Source of the DNA: a candidate division WOR-3 bacterium
GTDB lineage: Bacteria; Hydrothermota; Tepidihabitantia; Tepidihabitantales; Tepidihabitantaceae
NCBI GenBank assembly: GCA_965649295.1
Contig: CBFGKH010000003.1
Span: 96,001 to 160,000 of the forward strand
DNA: 64,000 nt
Reading direction: 5' to 3'
Below the pieces are notes generated by a model. It did no database searches. It worked only from the letters and a program-made list of their open reading frames with translations, and was not told where the DNA came from. The translations under genes were made by a program, and so were the position numbers. This document shows positions 38,534-48,294 of the stretch, piece by piece; the stretch's first letter is position 1, and the number at the start of each line of letters is the position of its first letter.

Positions 38534-38968
38534 ATGGTGACAATCCGGCCAATGACCGAGGCCGACCTCGACCGGGTCCTCGAACTCGAACGCGCCATCT
38601 TCACCGAACCCTGGCGTCGCTCGTTCTTTCTCTCAGATATCAATCGGCCGGCCGGGCTCTGCATTGTTGCCGAAAAAGAAGGCACTGTTATTGGCTACGC
38701 GATAGCTTGGGGTGCCGAGGAGGTTCATCTGGCCAACCTGGCAGTGGCCGAGGATGCCCGCCGGCAGGGAGTTGGTAGCAAGTTGATTGCCGCGGTGCTC
38801 GACTTCGCCCGTCGGCGCGGCGCTCAGTCCATCTATCTTGAAGTCCGAGCATCAAACCACATTGCTCGCAAGTTCTATGCTGACCACGGTTTCGTCCCAA
38901 CCTACCTGCGCAAAGGCTACTATCAGAATGGCGAAGACGCCATAGTCATGGAGCGCGACACCGCCTAG
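38534..38968 (+). CDS. rimI: Ribosomal protein S18-alanine N-acetyltransferase
   Basis: IRPM...D, F..PW, HLANLAV, RRQGVG, LEVRASN, RKGYY...EDAIVM. Confidence 0.92.
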   Translation: MVTIRPMTEADLDRVLELERAIFTEPWRRSFFLSDINRPAGLCIVAEKEGTVIGYAIAWGAEEVHLANLAVAEDARRQGVGSKLIAAVLDFARRRGAQSIYLEVRASNHIARKFYADHGFVPTYLRKGYYQNGEDAIVMERDTA

Positions 38969-39199
38969 ACCCAACAAGGCTGGCTACCTACGAGCACCGT
39001 GAACGTACCTGCTAGCTTAACAGCAATCGCGACATTCACTCATCACCCGCTCCCACAAGTCATGTGCGCTAGGAGCGGTATACCCGGTCAGCCGTCTCTA
39101 CGGTTCAACCCAAGACCGGCTTGTCACCGAGACCATCATGCTCTTCCATATGCTAGATACAAACTCTGTCAGCTTGGCCCCACAACAGGCTTACTTTGC

Positions 39200-39227
39200 T
39201 TGACAGTTCGGTATATCGGCCTAAAGT
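39200..39227 (+). promoter_or_regulatory. Sigma70-like promoter for the lipoprotein/TBDR/PorV operon
   Basis: TTGACA-N16-TAAAGT, followed by a roughly 130-nt structured leader. Confidence 0.55.
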
Positions 39228-39367
39228 TCAGAATAGGTTAAGCTCGGCCGCGCTACGACGCGACCAGCAAAGAAGAACAGAGCTGACTCGCCCCGCGCCA
39301 TTCAGTTCGCGGTCCGCTGGCGTAGTGCGAGCGCAGGACCGGTGTAATGCCAAAAAGGAGGCAGTAG

Positions 39368-41401
39368 ATGCAGGTCTTTGATAATCGGAGCGCCTTGGGC
39401 CGTCTTATGCTCGGTCCGGCCTTGGCGCTCGGCCTCGCGGCACTAGTGCTCGTGACCGGCTGTGGCAGAACTCCACCTGAACCATTCTGGGAGCCAACTG
39501 CTGCCGATTCAGCCGCCATCCGGGCGATTGTCGAGGCACGACGCAATCTCTTTACCACCGGGATGGCTGAACTGGCCACCGGCTGGATTAGCCCGGAGCT
39601 TCCCGGCACAACTGCCGTCCTTCTCCGGGAAGAGTTAATCAGCAACCCTTTCAAGCAGCGATTCCGGGCTGACTCGATGGAGCATATCTTCGATTCCCAG
39701 CCCTACTGGATATCGTTCATCGCGACGGTGATTGACTCATTCATGCTCGATTCGGCCCGGGCCGGCGGTGGTCGCGACACTTACTATCTTGCTGACACGA
39801 CCGCAACTGTGACAATTGTCGAGACCATACCTGGCCGGGTACGGTTCCACGCCTACGCGATGACGAAGTTCTTGCGTGACACCGGCATCACCAAGATTAC
39901 TGATTTTGCCACCGGCTATGCTGTCGGTGCTGCTGGCCGAGTTATCAAAACAACTGATGCTGGCGCGACTTGGCAACAAATCAGTACGCCGACTAACGCT
40001 GATCTGAACTCGGTCTGTTTCCCGCTCGACTACCTGTATGGCTACGCAGCTGGTTCTGGCGGCACGATTATCCGCACCACCGACGCCGGTCTCACCTGGC
40101 AGACCGCGGTCACCGGTACCAGCGAGAACCTGAACGCAATCTTCTTCCCTTTCACCCGGCACAAGGGTTTTGCGGTCGGTGACAATGGCACAATTCTCCG
40201 TTCGGTTGACTTCGGGGCTACGTGGAGTCCGCGGCCGTCTGGAACAACCGAACATCTCCGTTCGGTCGCTTTTCTTGCCAACACCCGGACTGGCATCGCC
40301 GTCGGAGACAACGGCACTGCTCTCCGGTCAGTTGACACCGCTAACGTAATTTGGACCGCTCGGCCTACTGGAACAACCGAACACCTCTATGGGGTGACCC
40401 TACTTGGTGACAACACTACCGCCTACGCGGTCGGGGCCAACGGCACGATTATCAAGTCAACCAACACCGGGTCAGATTGGACGACACTTACTTCCGGCAC
40501 GACCAATCACCTACGGGCCGTCACCTTCCCAACGCTTGCTATCGGCTATGTGGTTGGCGACAACGGCACGATTCTTAAGACAACGAACTCCGGTACTAGC
40601 TGGTTTACCCAGGTATCGAACACGACCTCACACCTGAGGGCCGTGCGGTTCCCAGAGAATCAGAAACGCGGCTGGGCTTTCGGCACGGACGGAACCGTAG
40701 TGGTAACAACTTCGGGGGGCGACACCTGGCGACCTATCGCCGTCGGTGGCTCAATCACGTCTGCTTGGTTCGGTGCTAAACGGGAGACTCTCGTCGTGCT
40801 ACCCTACTATGACTCCGTCTTCACCCACACCGACTCCTTCAATCCGCCCCTCCCGCCGGAGCGACATTACATCGAAAAGCCATTCAATGCGGTCACAACT
40901 AGCGGCTGTGTGTTGAAGCGTGAGAATGGTACCTGGCAGTTCTGGAAGATTAGCGGCGGCTCTCGTTTCTACGCACCGAATCCTGCTGATGCCCCATACA
41001 TCCTTCACGTCTATCTCTCTGGCTCCCAGGGTGTTGACACAATCTTCCTGCGACCGGGCGCCGGTCAGTTCGGAATTCAGCGGTTCTACGAGCTGGACGA
41101 ATTGCCGACGTTCCGAACCGGTGATTCACTACGCATCAGCGGTACCTACACGAATGTCGGCGACGCCGCCAATTACATTTACCTTGTCCGCGATACCCTT
41201 GATCCGCAGAACGGCCAGATTACTCGACAGTTCTACCGACGCATTGAGTTCGATCGAGGTCGGAACATCATTCGCTTCGACTCACTAATACCACCTGGCC
41301 TCTATCGGCTCTACATCGAGCATGTGCCGATCGCCACTTTCTGGGAAGTGGACGGCCGCTACACCGGTACAATCTGGGGCGTGCCGTTGCTGGTAAAGTA
41401 G
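39368..41401 (+). CDS. Lipoprotein with internal YCF48/BNR (Asp-box) beta-propeller repeats
   Basis: Lipobox VTGC; about seven AVGxxGTI.xT.D.G.TW repeats in the middle third. Confidence 0.85.
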   Translation: MQVFDNRSALGRLMLGPALALGLAALVLVTGCGRTPPEPFWEPTAADSAAIRAIVEARRNLFTTGMAELATGWISPELPGTTAVLLREELISNPFKQRFRADSMEHIFDSQPYWISFIATVIDSFMLDSARAGGGRDTYYLADTTATVTIVETIPGRVRFHAYAMTKFLRDTGITKITDFATGYAVGAAGRVIKTTDAGATWQQISTPTNADLNSVCFPLDYLYGYAAGSGGTIIRTTDAGLTWQTAVTGTSENLNAIFFPFTRHKGFAVGDNGTILRSVDFGATWSPRPSGTTEHLRSVAFLANTRTGIAVGDNGTALRSVDTANVIWTARPTGTTEHLYGVTLLGDNTTAYAVGANGTIIKSTNTGSDWTTLTSGTTNHLRAVTFPTLAIGYVVGDNGTILKTTNSGTSWFTQVSNTTSHLRAVRFPENQKRGWAFGTDGTVVVTTSGGDTWRPIAVGGSITSAWFGAKRETLVVLPYYDSVFTHTDSFNPPLPPERHYIEKPFNAVTTSGCVLKRENGTWQFWKISGGSRFYAPNPADAPYILHVYLSGSQGVDTIFLRPGAGQFGIQRFYELDELPTFRTGDSLRISGTYTNVGDAANYIYLVRDTLDPQNGQITRQFYRRIEFDRGRNIIRFDSLIPPGLYRLYIEHVPIATFWEVDGRYTGTIWGVPLLVK

Positions 41402-41410
41402 GAGGAAGCA

Positions 41411-44281
41411 ATGAGAATCTCTTTCATTTGCCATCTTGGCCTTGTACTGCTGCTGGCAGGCATCGCTCTCGGTGCCAACACTGGCTCGATTCAGGGCAAG
41501 GTCACTGACCGAGCCACAGGCGAGGCGCTGGTCGGTGCCAGCGTCGTAGTCGAAGGTACCGACCTTGGAGCTGCCACTGATGCCAACGGTCAGTATCTCA
41601 TTATTAACATTCCGCCTGGCCGATACACCATCACTGTCTCATACATGGGCTACAACGACACCAAGGTGACGAACGTCCTAGTCGTCCAAGACCTCACTGT
41701 CACCGTTGATGTCAAGCTCAGTCACACCGTCATTGACATCGGCAAGACGGTGAACGTTCTAGCCAAACGCCAAGACATGGTTCAACGCCAAGCCGTATCG
41801 GTTGAACGTATCATCACCGATGACGAGTTCAAACGCCTACCAGTCACTGACATCCGTGACATCGTCGCCCTACAGGCTGGTGTAACGCGAATCGGCAATC
41901 AGACTTTCATCCGCGGCGGCCGGTCTGATGATGTTGCCTATCTTGTTGACGGCGTTTCCGCCGGTAATGCGCTAACCGGCGACCTGTCGCGCGCGCCCAA
42001 ACCGACCACCGACGCACTATCGAGCGTCGTCGTCATCACTGGCGGGTTCGACGCTGAGTATGGTCAGGCGATGTCCGGAATTATCAAGGCGGTGACTAAG
42101 GAAGGCTCGGCCCGTACGAGCGGCCGAGTCCGCTACGTTACTGATGAGATCTTCCCGGAAAAGACCGGCTACAACTACGGCTACAACCGCGTCACCTTTT
42201 CTCTTGGTGGCCCAACCCCGCTCTACAACCGACTTCGCTACTTCGTGTCCACCGAATTCTTCCGTACCGATGACGCCCGCGACATCCGTTGGAAAGTTAA
42301 GGCACCACGGGCCGAGTACGCCGTTGATGGCAAACTGACTATGCAGCTACCAAAGAGTTTCGCTCTGACGCGCGAAGGGCTAAAACTGACTCTCGATGGC
42401 TATCATTCAAACTACGAGTGGCAGGAATACGGCCATATTCGCTCCTACCATATTCGGTCCCTGCCATCTAACCGCGTACGCAGTAGTCGCGGTAACATCA
42501 CCATCAACCATATGCTCTCACCCTCCACCGTCTATGAAGCCAAAGTTGGCGCCTTCACAACCGGTGTCATGTACGCCGTCCGCAACTATGCGGCTGAGGC
42601 TGCCGATACCGTTGGCTTCTGGGGATTCCTACGGCGAACTGGTATCTGGAACCGGATGTTCTTCCGCGCCGAAGACTGGGTACTGGATTACGGCCGTTAC
42701 AACGAATACCTGCGCCAGCACGGCCGCGATACGATTGCCAGTCGCCGCGACGCCGTGCTCAGACTCTACGAGTCCTTCTGGCTGGATGCCAACGGCAATC
42801 CGGTCTACGCCTATCCTGGCCAGAACTTCATGCAGGAATACGCCAACATCTACAACCCATACGGCGTCGCCGGATTGTTTATCACCGAGGGTGACTACCG
42901 ACTCTGGCAATACAATCAGACCGATCAGGTGCTGGTCAAATTTGACCTGACTCGAACCATCAACAAGGTACATGAAGTCAAGACTGGTATCGACTTCACC
43001 CAGTACGACCTCCAGATGCTCAACAACTCGCTGCCCTGGGACGCCAACCCATTCTGGGACGGCTACAACTACAAACCGATTACTTTTGCTGCCTACGTGC
43101 AAGACCGGGCCGATTTCGAAGACCTCGTCGTCAGAGCCGGTGTCCGCTATGACCTGCTCGACTCCAAGGCCAAGGTGCGAGCATTCCCCGAATCGCTAGG
43201 TGCCCGTGACGAGATAGCTGACTCGATGATCCCTGCCGGCGTAAAGTCAAGGCTCTCCCCTCGACTTGGCATTTCCTATCCGATTACCGAACGCATCAAG
43301 TTCCGGTTCTCTTACGGTCACTTCTTCAAGAATCCGGTACTCGATAATCTCTACACCTATGCCGACCGCACCGCCGCTGAACTTCGGGCCCGCGGCAACC
43401 TGATTGTCGGTAATGCCGACATGGGTGCGGAAAAGACGATTGCCTACGAAATCGGTTTCGATGCTCAGCTCTCGGACGTGTTCCAGTTCGACATGACTGC
43501 CTTCTACAAGGATGTTTTCGACCTGACCGGTGTTCGCGTGGTTAACGCCCTACCCCAGCCCTACTCGATGTTCTACAACGTCGAATACGCCCGTATCCAG
43601 GGCTTTGAGGCAACGCTGACCAAGCAGCTTGACCAGTACTGGTCAGCCGGACTGGGCTACACATTCCAGATTGCCAAAGGAACCGCCTCTGACGCCTATG
43701 ACCAGTACTTGCGTGACACGCCACGCAAGCTCGACTATTACCTCGACCAGGACCAGCGTCATTCAATCCGCGGCGATCTCACCTTCGCCTTTCCCAGTGA
43801 CTTCGGCTTTGTCCCAATGCGCGACTTCGAAGTCTCCGGCGTCGTCGCCTACGGCTCCGGTTTGCCGTATTCGCCCCAGGACCAGCGCGGTAACCAAATT
43901 GGTCTGACGAATTCTGGCCGAATGCCGGCCAACCACTCGGTTGACGCTCGTGTGTCAAAGAATCTGCGACTAGGTGGCCTCGGCTTGGCTCTCAACCTCG
44001 ATATCTCCAATGTCCTCAACACCGAAAACGTCGTCCGAGTCCATCCCCAGACAGGCTTGCCCAATACTAACGGCCGGGTCATTACCGAATACGAGGTTTG
44101 GTACGGTGGCATGTTTGGCGACTATGGTTACCATCCGGCCCGCGACTACAACCACGACGGTTACATCTCCCGCGCCGAGGCCTATCATTCATTCCTGCGG
44201 GCGTATCGCGACCGCTATGACCTACCCACCTACTACGGCCCACCGCGCAAGATTCGGCTCGGGCTCAGTCTGTCCTTTTAG
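41411..44281 (+). CDS. TonB-dependent receptor with N-terminal carboxypeptidase-regulatory-like domain
   Basis: G.I.GKVTD..TGEAL.GA, IRGGR, GGFDAEYGQAMSGI, SPRLGISYPI, YEIG, PRKIRLGLSLSF. Confidence 0.92.
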   Translation: MRISFICHLGLVLLLAGIALGANTGSIQGKVTDRATGEALVGASVVVEGTDLGAATDANGQYLIINIPPGRYTITVSYMGYNDTKVTNVLVVQDLTVTVDVKLSHTVIDIGKTVNVLAKRQDMVQRQAVSVERIITDDEFKRLPVTDIRDIVALQAGVTRIGNQTFIRGGRSDDVAYLVDGVSAGNALTGDLSRAPKPTTDALSSVVVITGGFDAEYGQAMSGIIKAVTKEGSARTSGRVRYVTDEIFPEKTGYNYGYNRVTFSLGGPTPLYNRLRYFVSTEFFRTDDARDIRWKVKAPRAEYAVDGKLTMQLPKSFALTREGLKLTLDGYHSNYEWQEYGHIRSYHIRSLPSNRVRSSRGNITINHMLSPSTVYEAKVGAFTTGVMYAVRNYAAEAADTVGFWGFLRRTGIWNRMFFRAEDWVLDYGRYNEYLRQHGRDTIASRRDAVLRLYESFWLDANGNPVYAYPGQNFMQEYANIYNPYGVAGLFITEGDYRLWQYNQTDQVLVKFDLTRTINKVHEVKTGIDFTQYDLQMLNNSLPWDANPFWDGYNYKPITFAAYVQDRADFEDLVVRAGVRYDLLDSKAKVRAFPESLGARDEIADSMIPAGVKSRLSPRLGISYPITERIKFRFSYGHFFKNPVLDNLYTYADRTAAELRARGNLIVGNADMGAEKTIAYEIGFDAQLSDVFQFDMTAFYKDVFDLTGVRVVNALPQPYSMFYNVEYARIQGFEATLTKQLDQYWSAGLGYTFQIAKGTASDAYDQYLRDTPRKLDYYLDQDQRHSIRGDLTFAFPSDFGFVPMRDFEVSGVVAYGSGLPYSPQDQRGNQIGLTNSGRMPANHSVDARVSKNLRLGGLGLALNLDISNVLNTENVVRVHPQTGLPNTNGRVITEYEVWYGGMFGDYGYHPARDYNHDGYISRAEAYHSFLRAYRDRYDLPTYYGPPRKIRLGLSLSF

Positions 44282-44290
44282 GAGACCAGC

Positions 44291-47212
44291 ATGAAAAGTC
44301 TAAGACTGCCTATCTTCAGATTCGGACTGCTCCTGCTTGCGGTTGCTGGCTTCGCCCTCGCGCGAACGGCAGCTCAGCCGCCATCCGGCCAGCGCATTTA
44401 CGATACAAAGTGGCTGAACATCAACAAGTGGCTTTGCCCGTTCTACAACGACGGCAAGTATGGTATCGACCTAACGTCTGGCGGCGACGCCGGCGGATCC
44501 TGGCCGCAGCCATTCAAGAACTGCTACATATTCGGGGCGGGCATGTGGTTTGGCTCACTCAAGCCTAATCCCAATGATACTTCCAAAGTGGACACGCTGG
44601 TCACGTTTGGGTACAACCCGAACTCCGGCGGCACCGAAATGACACCGACGATCACTGCCTTTGCTGATCAAGGTGCCGGTTCCACCGACGACCGGGTTTA
44701 CATGTACCCAACGGACTGGCAGATTCCCCGCGAACGTTGGATCAACGCTTATCCTGGCGACACGATGATCGATCTCCTCGTGCCTCGTGAGAACTTCTCG
44801 CTTCAGGATATGTGGTGTGCCTACTCCGATGTTCTTCCTGAAAACCACATCTCCCCGGGCAAACCGCAGGGCATTGATATCTTCCAGACAGTCTATGCCT
44901 GGAACTACCCGGCCAATCAAGATATCTTCTTCATCATCTACCACGTCCGCAATTCAGGCACAGACACTCTGAAAGAGTGCTACATCGGTGCAGTGATGGA
45001 CGCCGATGTCGGCGCTGCAGCCGACGATATGGTCGGGCTTCTACTCAACAACTACGTACCAGGGATGGACACTTCGCGCTACCCGACCGTTACTAACGTC
45101 GGCTACGTCGGCGACTATGACAATCAGGAGAATCGCGGTTCGACATGGGAGCAAGGAACACCTGGCGTCTTCGCCTACAAGTTCCTTGCCTCGCCGCGTG
45201 GTGCCAACGGTCGCGAGTTGGGGATGACTGCGTTCAAGAAGTTCACGATTGACATCGACCCCGTGACTGATCCGGCCCAGTACTTAACAATGGCAGGCTA
45301 CGACTACCGCACCGGCGTCTACTCGGCCTACGATTCGATTGACCTCGCCCCAGCCGACAAACGGTTTATCCAGTGCTCTGGCCCATTCACGCTCGCTCCT
45401 GGCCAAGTCGAGCGACTAGTGGTAGCAGCCATCGGCGCCCCGTTCGGTGGCCCACGTCAAACCTGGAACGCCCGCCCAGCTGATTCACTCGTCCACCTTG
45501 CGAACGTTGCCAATGCCGCTCAGTACATCTTCGACCAGAACTGGCTGCTGCCTGCGCCGCCGCTCGCACCCAATGTCACTCTGATCCCGGGTGACAATCA
45601 GGTGCGGATTATCTGGGACGACCTGCCCGAGCGTACACCTGACCCCTACTGGCAGCGCGTGGTCGGTGACCCGAACTCACCAGCCTATGACTCGGTTTAT
45701 ATAGGCTATGACTTCCAAGGCTACATGCTCTTGAAATCGCGTGACGGCGCAACCTGGACCACACTGGCCCAGTACGACAAAAACGACTCGTTCCCACGAC
45801 CGCCCGAGACTCTGTTCGTATATGCACCCGGCGGTGACACAATCAATCCTATCCGGATGCGCAACAACGGACTGCGCTACACCTATACCGACAACGACGT
45901 CACCAACGGCTTCACCTACTACTACTGCGTCCTCGCCTATGACTGGAACTATCAGACGAACATTCAACCTGGCCGCACCCGCGACACCCTTATCCTCCGC
46001 TCCGGCATCGTGTCGAATATTTCAACTGTTCCTCGCTGGGAACCAGCCAACTACATCCAACCCGAGGGCCGAATCCTAACTGCCTCGGGTGACACCGTTG
46101 CCCCCGGCTTGAGAATGCGTCTGAGTGTTGCCGCACCGTTTCTTGTGACCAGCGACACCTACGAACTTCGGTTCGACCCACCGGTCCATCGTGGCGGCAA
46201 CACATCTGGCGCCAAGACAGTCACCTACAACTACGCCTTGCTTCGTCCTGACACGATCGGCTTTGATACGGTCACAACAGGCTCGATTCCTTACACACTG
46301 GACCAGCGCGTGGTATTCTGGTTGCCGGTATTCAATGGTTTCGATGTTGCCTGCACTCTGCGCGTCAACACCCCAACTCAGGTCTTTGACACTATTTTCA
46401 GTTCCAACCCATTCTTCGAAACCCGAGCGCGGCCTTCGGGGGCGGCCAATCAGGGCTACTGGGCGTTCCGCGGCTCAACCTATCGTATTGAGTGGGGCAT
46501 GGACCCGACAAACACCTACAAGACCGCCCGTGTCTTCGACGAAACCCATAACGGTCTTGAGGTACTGGCACGGCGCTACAATGCGACCGGCACCAATGAT
46601 TCGGCTGATGGCTGGTGCTTTGTTGACCGACTGTTCCGGTCATCCCGCGACACACTCAAATCCGGTTCATACCGAATCTACATCTGCGGCGGCTATCTGA
46701 CGCTCAATGCCGGTGACTCGATTGGTGCGCTGATTGACTCAATCCGACCCGGAGACGTCTGGACTGCGGTCGGCCGTGTCAATAGCTCATTCCCTTCGGC
46801 CCCGAGCTACAATCGCTACCGCTTCATCCCCAAACCAGGAATCGCCGACGTCACCAAGACATATCAGCTCGACGTGAAGGTCGTGCCCAATCCGTACATC
46901 GTCTTCAATGGATGGGAACGCTCAACTGAGCAACGGGTAGTCAAGTTCACCCACCTGCCTGACGAGTGCACCATCCGCATCTACACAACCTCCGGTGACC
47001 TGGTCAAGACGATCCATCATAAGAGCCGCAGTCCTGGTGTTCAGAAAGACCAGCCACTGGCCGCTGGTGGCACTGCGACTTGGGACTTCACCAACGAATC
47101 GCCAGGCATGGCTGCCGGTTCCGCCGGCCAGTCAATTGCTTCGGGCGTTTACATCTGGCACGTCGAATCAGCAGTCGGCGAACAAGTCGGCAAGCTGGTC
47201 GTAATCTACTAG
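44291..47212 (+). CDS. Large exported protein with FN3-like region and T9SS-like C-terminal domain
   Basis: Signal peptide; C-terminal VKVVPNPY...FTHLP..CTIRIYT..GDLV...WD...ASGVYIWHV...GKLVVI. Confidence 0.85.
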   Translation: MKSLRLPIFRFGLLLLAVAGFALARTAAQPPSGQRIYDTKWLNINKWLCPFYNDGKYGIDLTSGGDAGGSWPQPFKNCYIFGAGMWFGSLKPNPNDTSKVDTLVTFGYNPNSGGTEMTPTITAFADQGAGSTDDRVYMYPTDWQIPRERWINAYPGDTMIDLLVPRENFSLQDMWCAYSDVLPENHISPGKPQGIDIFQTVYAWNYPANQDIFFIIYHVRNSGTDTLKECYIGAVMDADVGAAADDMVGLLLNNYVPGMDTSRYPTVTNVGYVGDYDNQENRGSTWEQGTPGVFAYKFLASPRGANGRELGMTAFKKFTIDIDPVTDPAQYLTMAGYDYRTGVYSAYDSIDLAPADKRFIQCSGPFTLAPGQVERLVVAAIGAPFGGPRQTWNARPADSLVHLANVANAAQYIFDQNWLLPAPPLAPNVTLIPGDNQVRIIWDDLPERTPDPYWQRVVGDPNSPAYDSVYIGYDFQGYMLLKSRDGATWTTLAQYDKNDSFPRPPETLFVYAPGGDTINPIRMRNNGLRYTYTDNDVTNGFTYYYCVLAYDWNYQTNIQPGRTRDTLILRSGIVSNISTVPRWEPANYIQPEGRILTASGDTVAPGLRMRLSVAAPFLVTSDTYELRFDPPVHRGGNTSGAKTVTYNYALLRPDTIGFDTVTTGSIPYTLDQRVVFWLPVFNGFDVACTLRVNTPTQVFDTIFSSNPFFETRARPSGAANQGYWAFRGSTYRIEWGMDPTNTYKTARVFDETHNGLEVLARRYNATGTNDSADGWCFVDRLFRSSRDTLKSGSYRIYICGGYLTLNAGDSIGALIDSIRPGDVWTAVGRVNSSFPSAPSYNRYRFIPKPGIADVTKTYQLDVKVVPNPYIVFNGWERSTEQRVVKFTHLPDECTIRIYTTSGDLVKTIHHKSRSPGVQKDQPLAAGGTATWDFTNESPGMAAGSAGQSIASGVYIWHVESAVGEQVGKLVVIY

Positions 47213-47220
47213 GAGGAGAC

Positions 47221-48294
47221 GTGAAGCGCATTGCTATGGACCGATTGCCAATCACCGGCAGTGGGGCGCGTGTTCTCATTACGGTGCTCCTGCTTGTGGC
47301 TACGACCTACGCGGCGTTCTCAAAGGTCGGCACGACTGGAGCTAATTTCTTGAAGATCGGCTACGGTCGGGCTGCAGGCATGGGTGACGCCTTCTGCGCG
47401 GTTGCCGACGATGCTGGCGCCTGTTTCTTCAACCCAGCCGGGCTAGCCCAGGTTCAGCGGACTGTTCAACTCAACCACGCCGACTGGTTCGCAGACATCA
47501 ACCACGACAACGTTGCCGTCGTTCTGCCCGTAACGAACTTCGGTACCATCGCCTTCAACGTAACTGCGCTGACCATGGGTGCCATGCAGATAACGACCCT
47601 CGATAACCCTAGCACCCTACAGCGCGAGGACGAAGGCGAGGGTCTGGCGACCTTCACCGCTTCTGACTTCGCCGTCGGCGCCAGCTATGCTCGGATTATC
47701 ACCGATAAGCTCTCTTTTGGCTTCACGGCTCGCGCCGTTTCCCAGACAGTAATGGACATGGCTGCCAGCGCAGTCGGTGTTGACATTGGCCTGCACTACA
47801 ACACCGGATTCCGCTCCCTGCGCATCGGCGCAGCGGTAACAAACTTCGGTACCCAGCTGGCTTTTGCCGGTCGCCAGCTTGACTACAGCTTTTTCTGGCC
47901 GGACTCCGGCCCGGCTTCAATCCAAGGTTCATACAAGACTACACCCGCTGGTCTGCCGACATCGTTCCGTTTCGGCGTTGCCTACGACCTTGTCTCAACC
48001 GGCGCTGACCGACTCACCACCGCCATCGACCTGGTCCATCCCTCTGACATCAACGAGACAGTCCACTTCGGGTTCGAATACAACCGCAGCCAGTTCGTCT
48101 CAGCCCGGTTCGGCTACATCCTCAACACTGACACAGACTACCAAGCGAACATCGGTTGGCTAACTGGTCTTTCGGCCGGTGCCGGCATCAACGCCGACAC
48201 GCGACGCGGAGTCAAGCTCGGTCTTGACTACGGGTTCCGCTTCTACGAAAAACTCAGTCCGGTTCACCGGCTGATGTTGACAGTTGGTTTCTAG
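47221..48294 (+). CDS. PorV/PorQ family outer-membrane beta-barrel
   Basis: GTTGANFLKIG.GRAAGMG.AF.A.ADD....FNPAGL, terminal F; GTG 47221 behind AGGAGG. Confidence 0.9.
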   Translation: MKRIAMDRLPITGSGARVLITVLLLVATTYAAFSKVGTTGANFLKIGYGRAAGMGDAFCAVADDAGACFFNPAGLAQVQRTVQLNHADWFADINHDNVAVVLPVTNFGTIAFNVTALTMGAMQITTLDNPSTLQREDEGEGLATFTASDFAVGASYARIITDKLSFGFTARAVSQTVMDMAASAVGVDIGLHYNTGFRSLRIGAAVTNFGTQLAFAGRQLDYSFFWPDSGPASIQGSYKTTPAGLPTSFRFGVAYDLVSTGADRLTTAIDLVHPSDINETVHFGFEYNRSQFVSARFGYILNTDTDYQANIGWLTGLSAGAGINADTRRGVKLGLDYGFRFYEKLSPVHRLMLTVGF

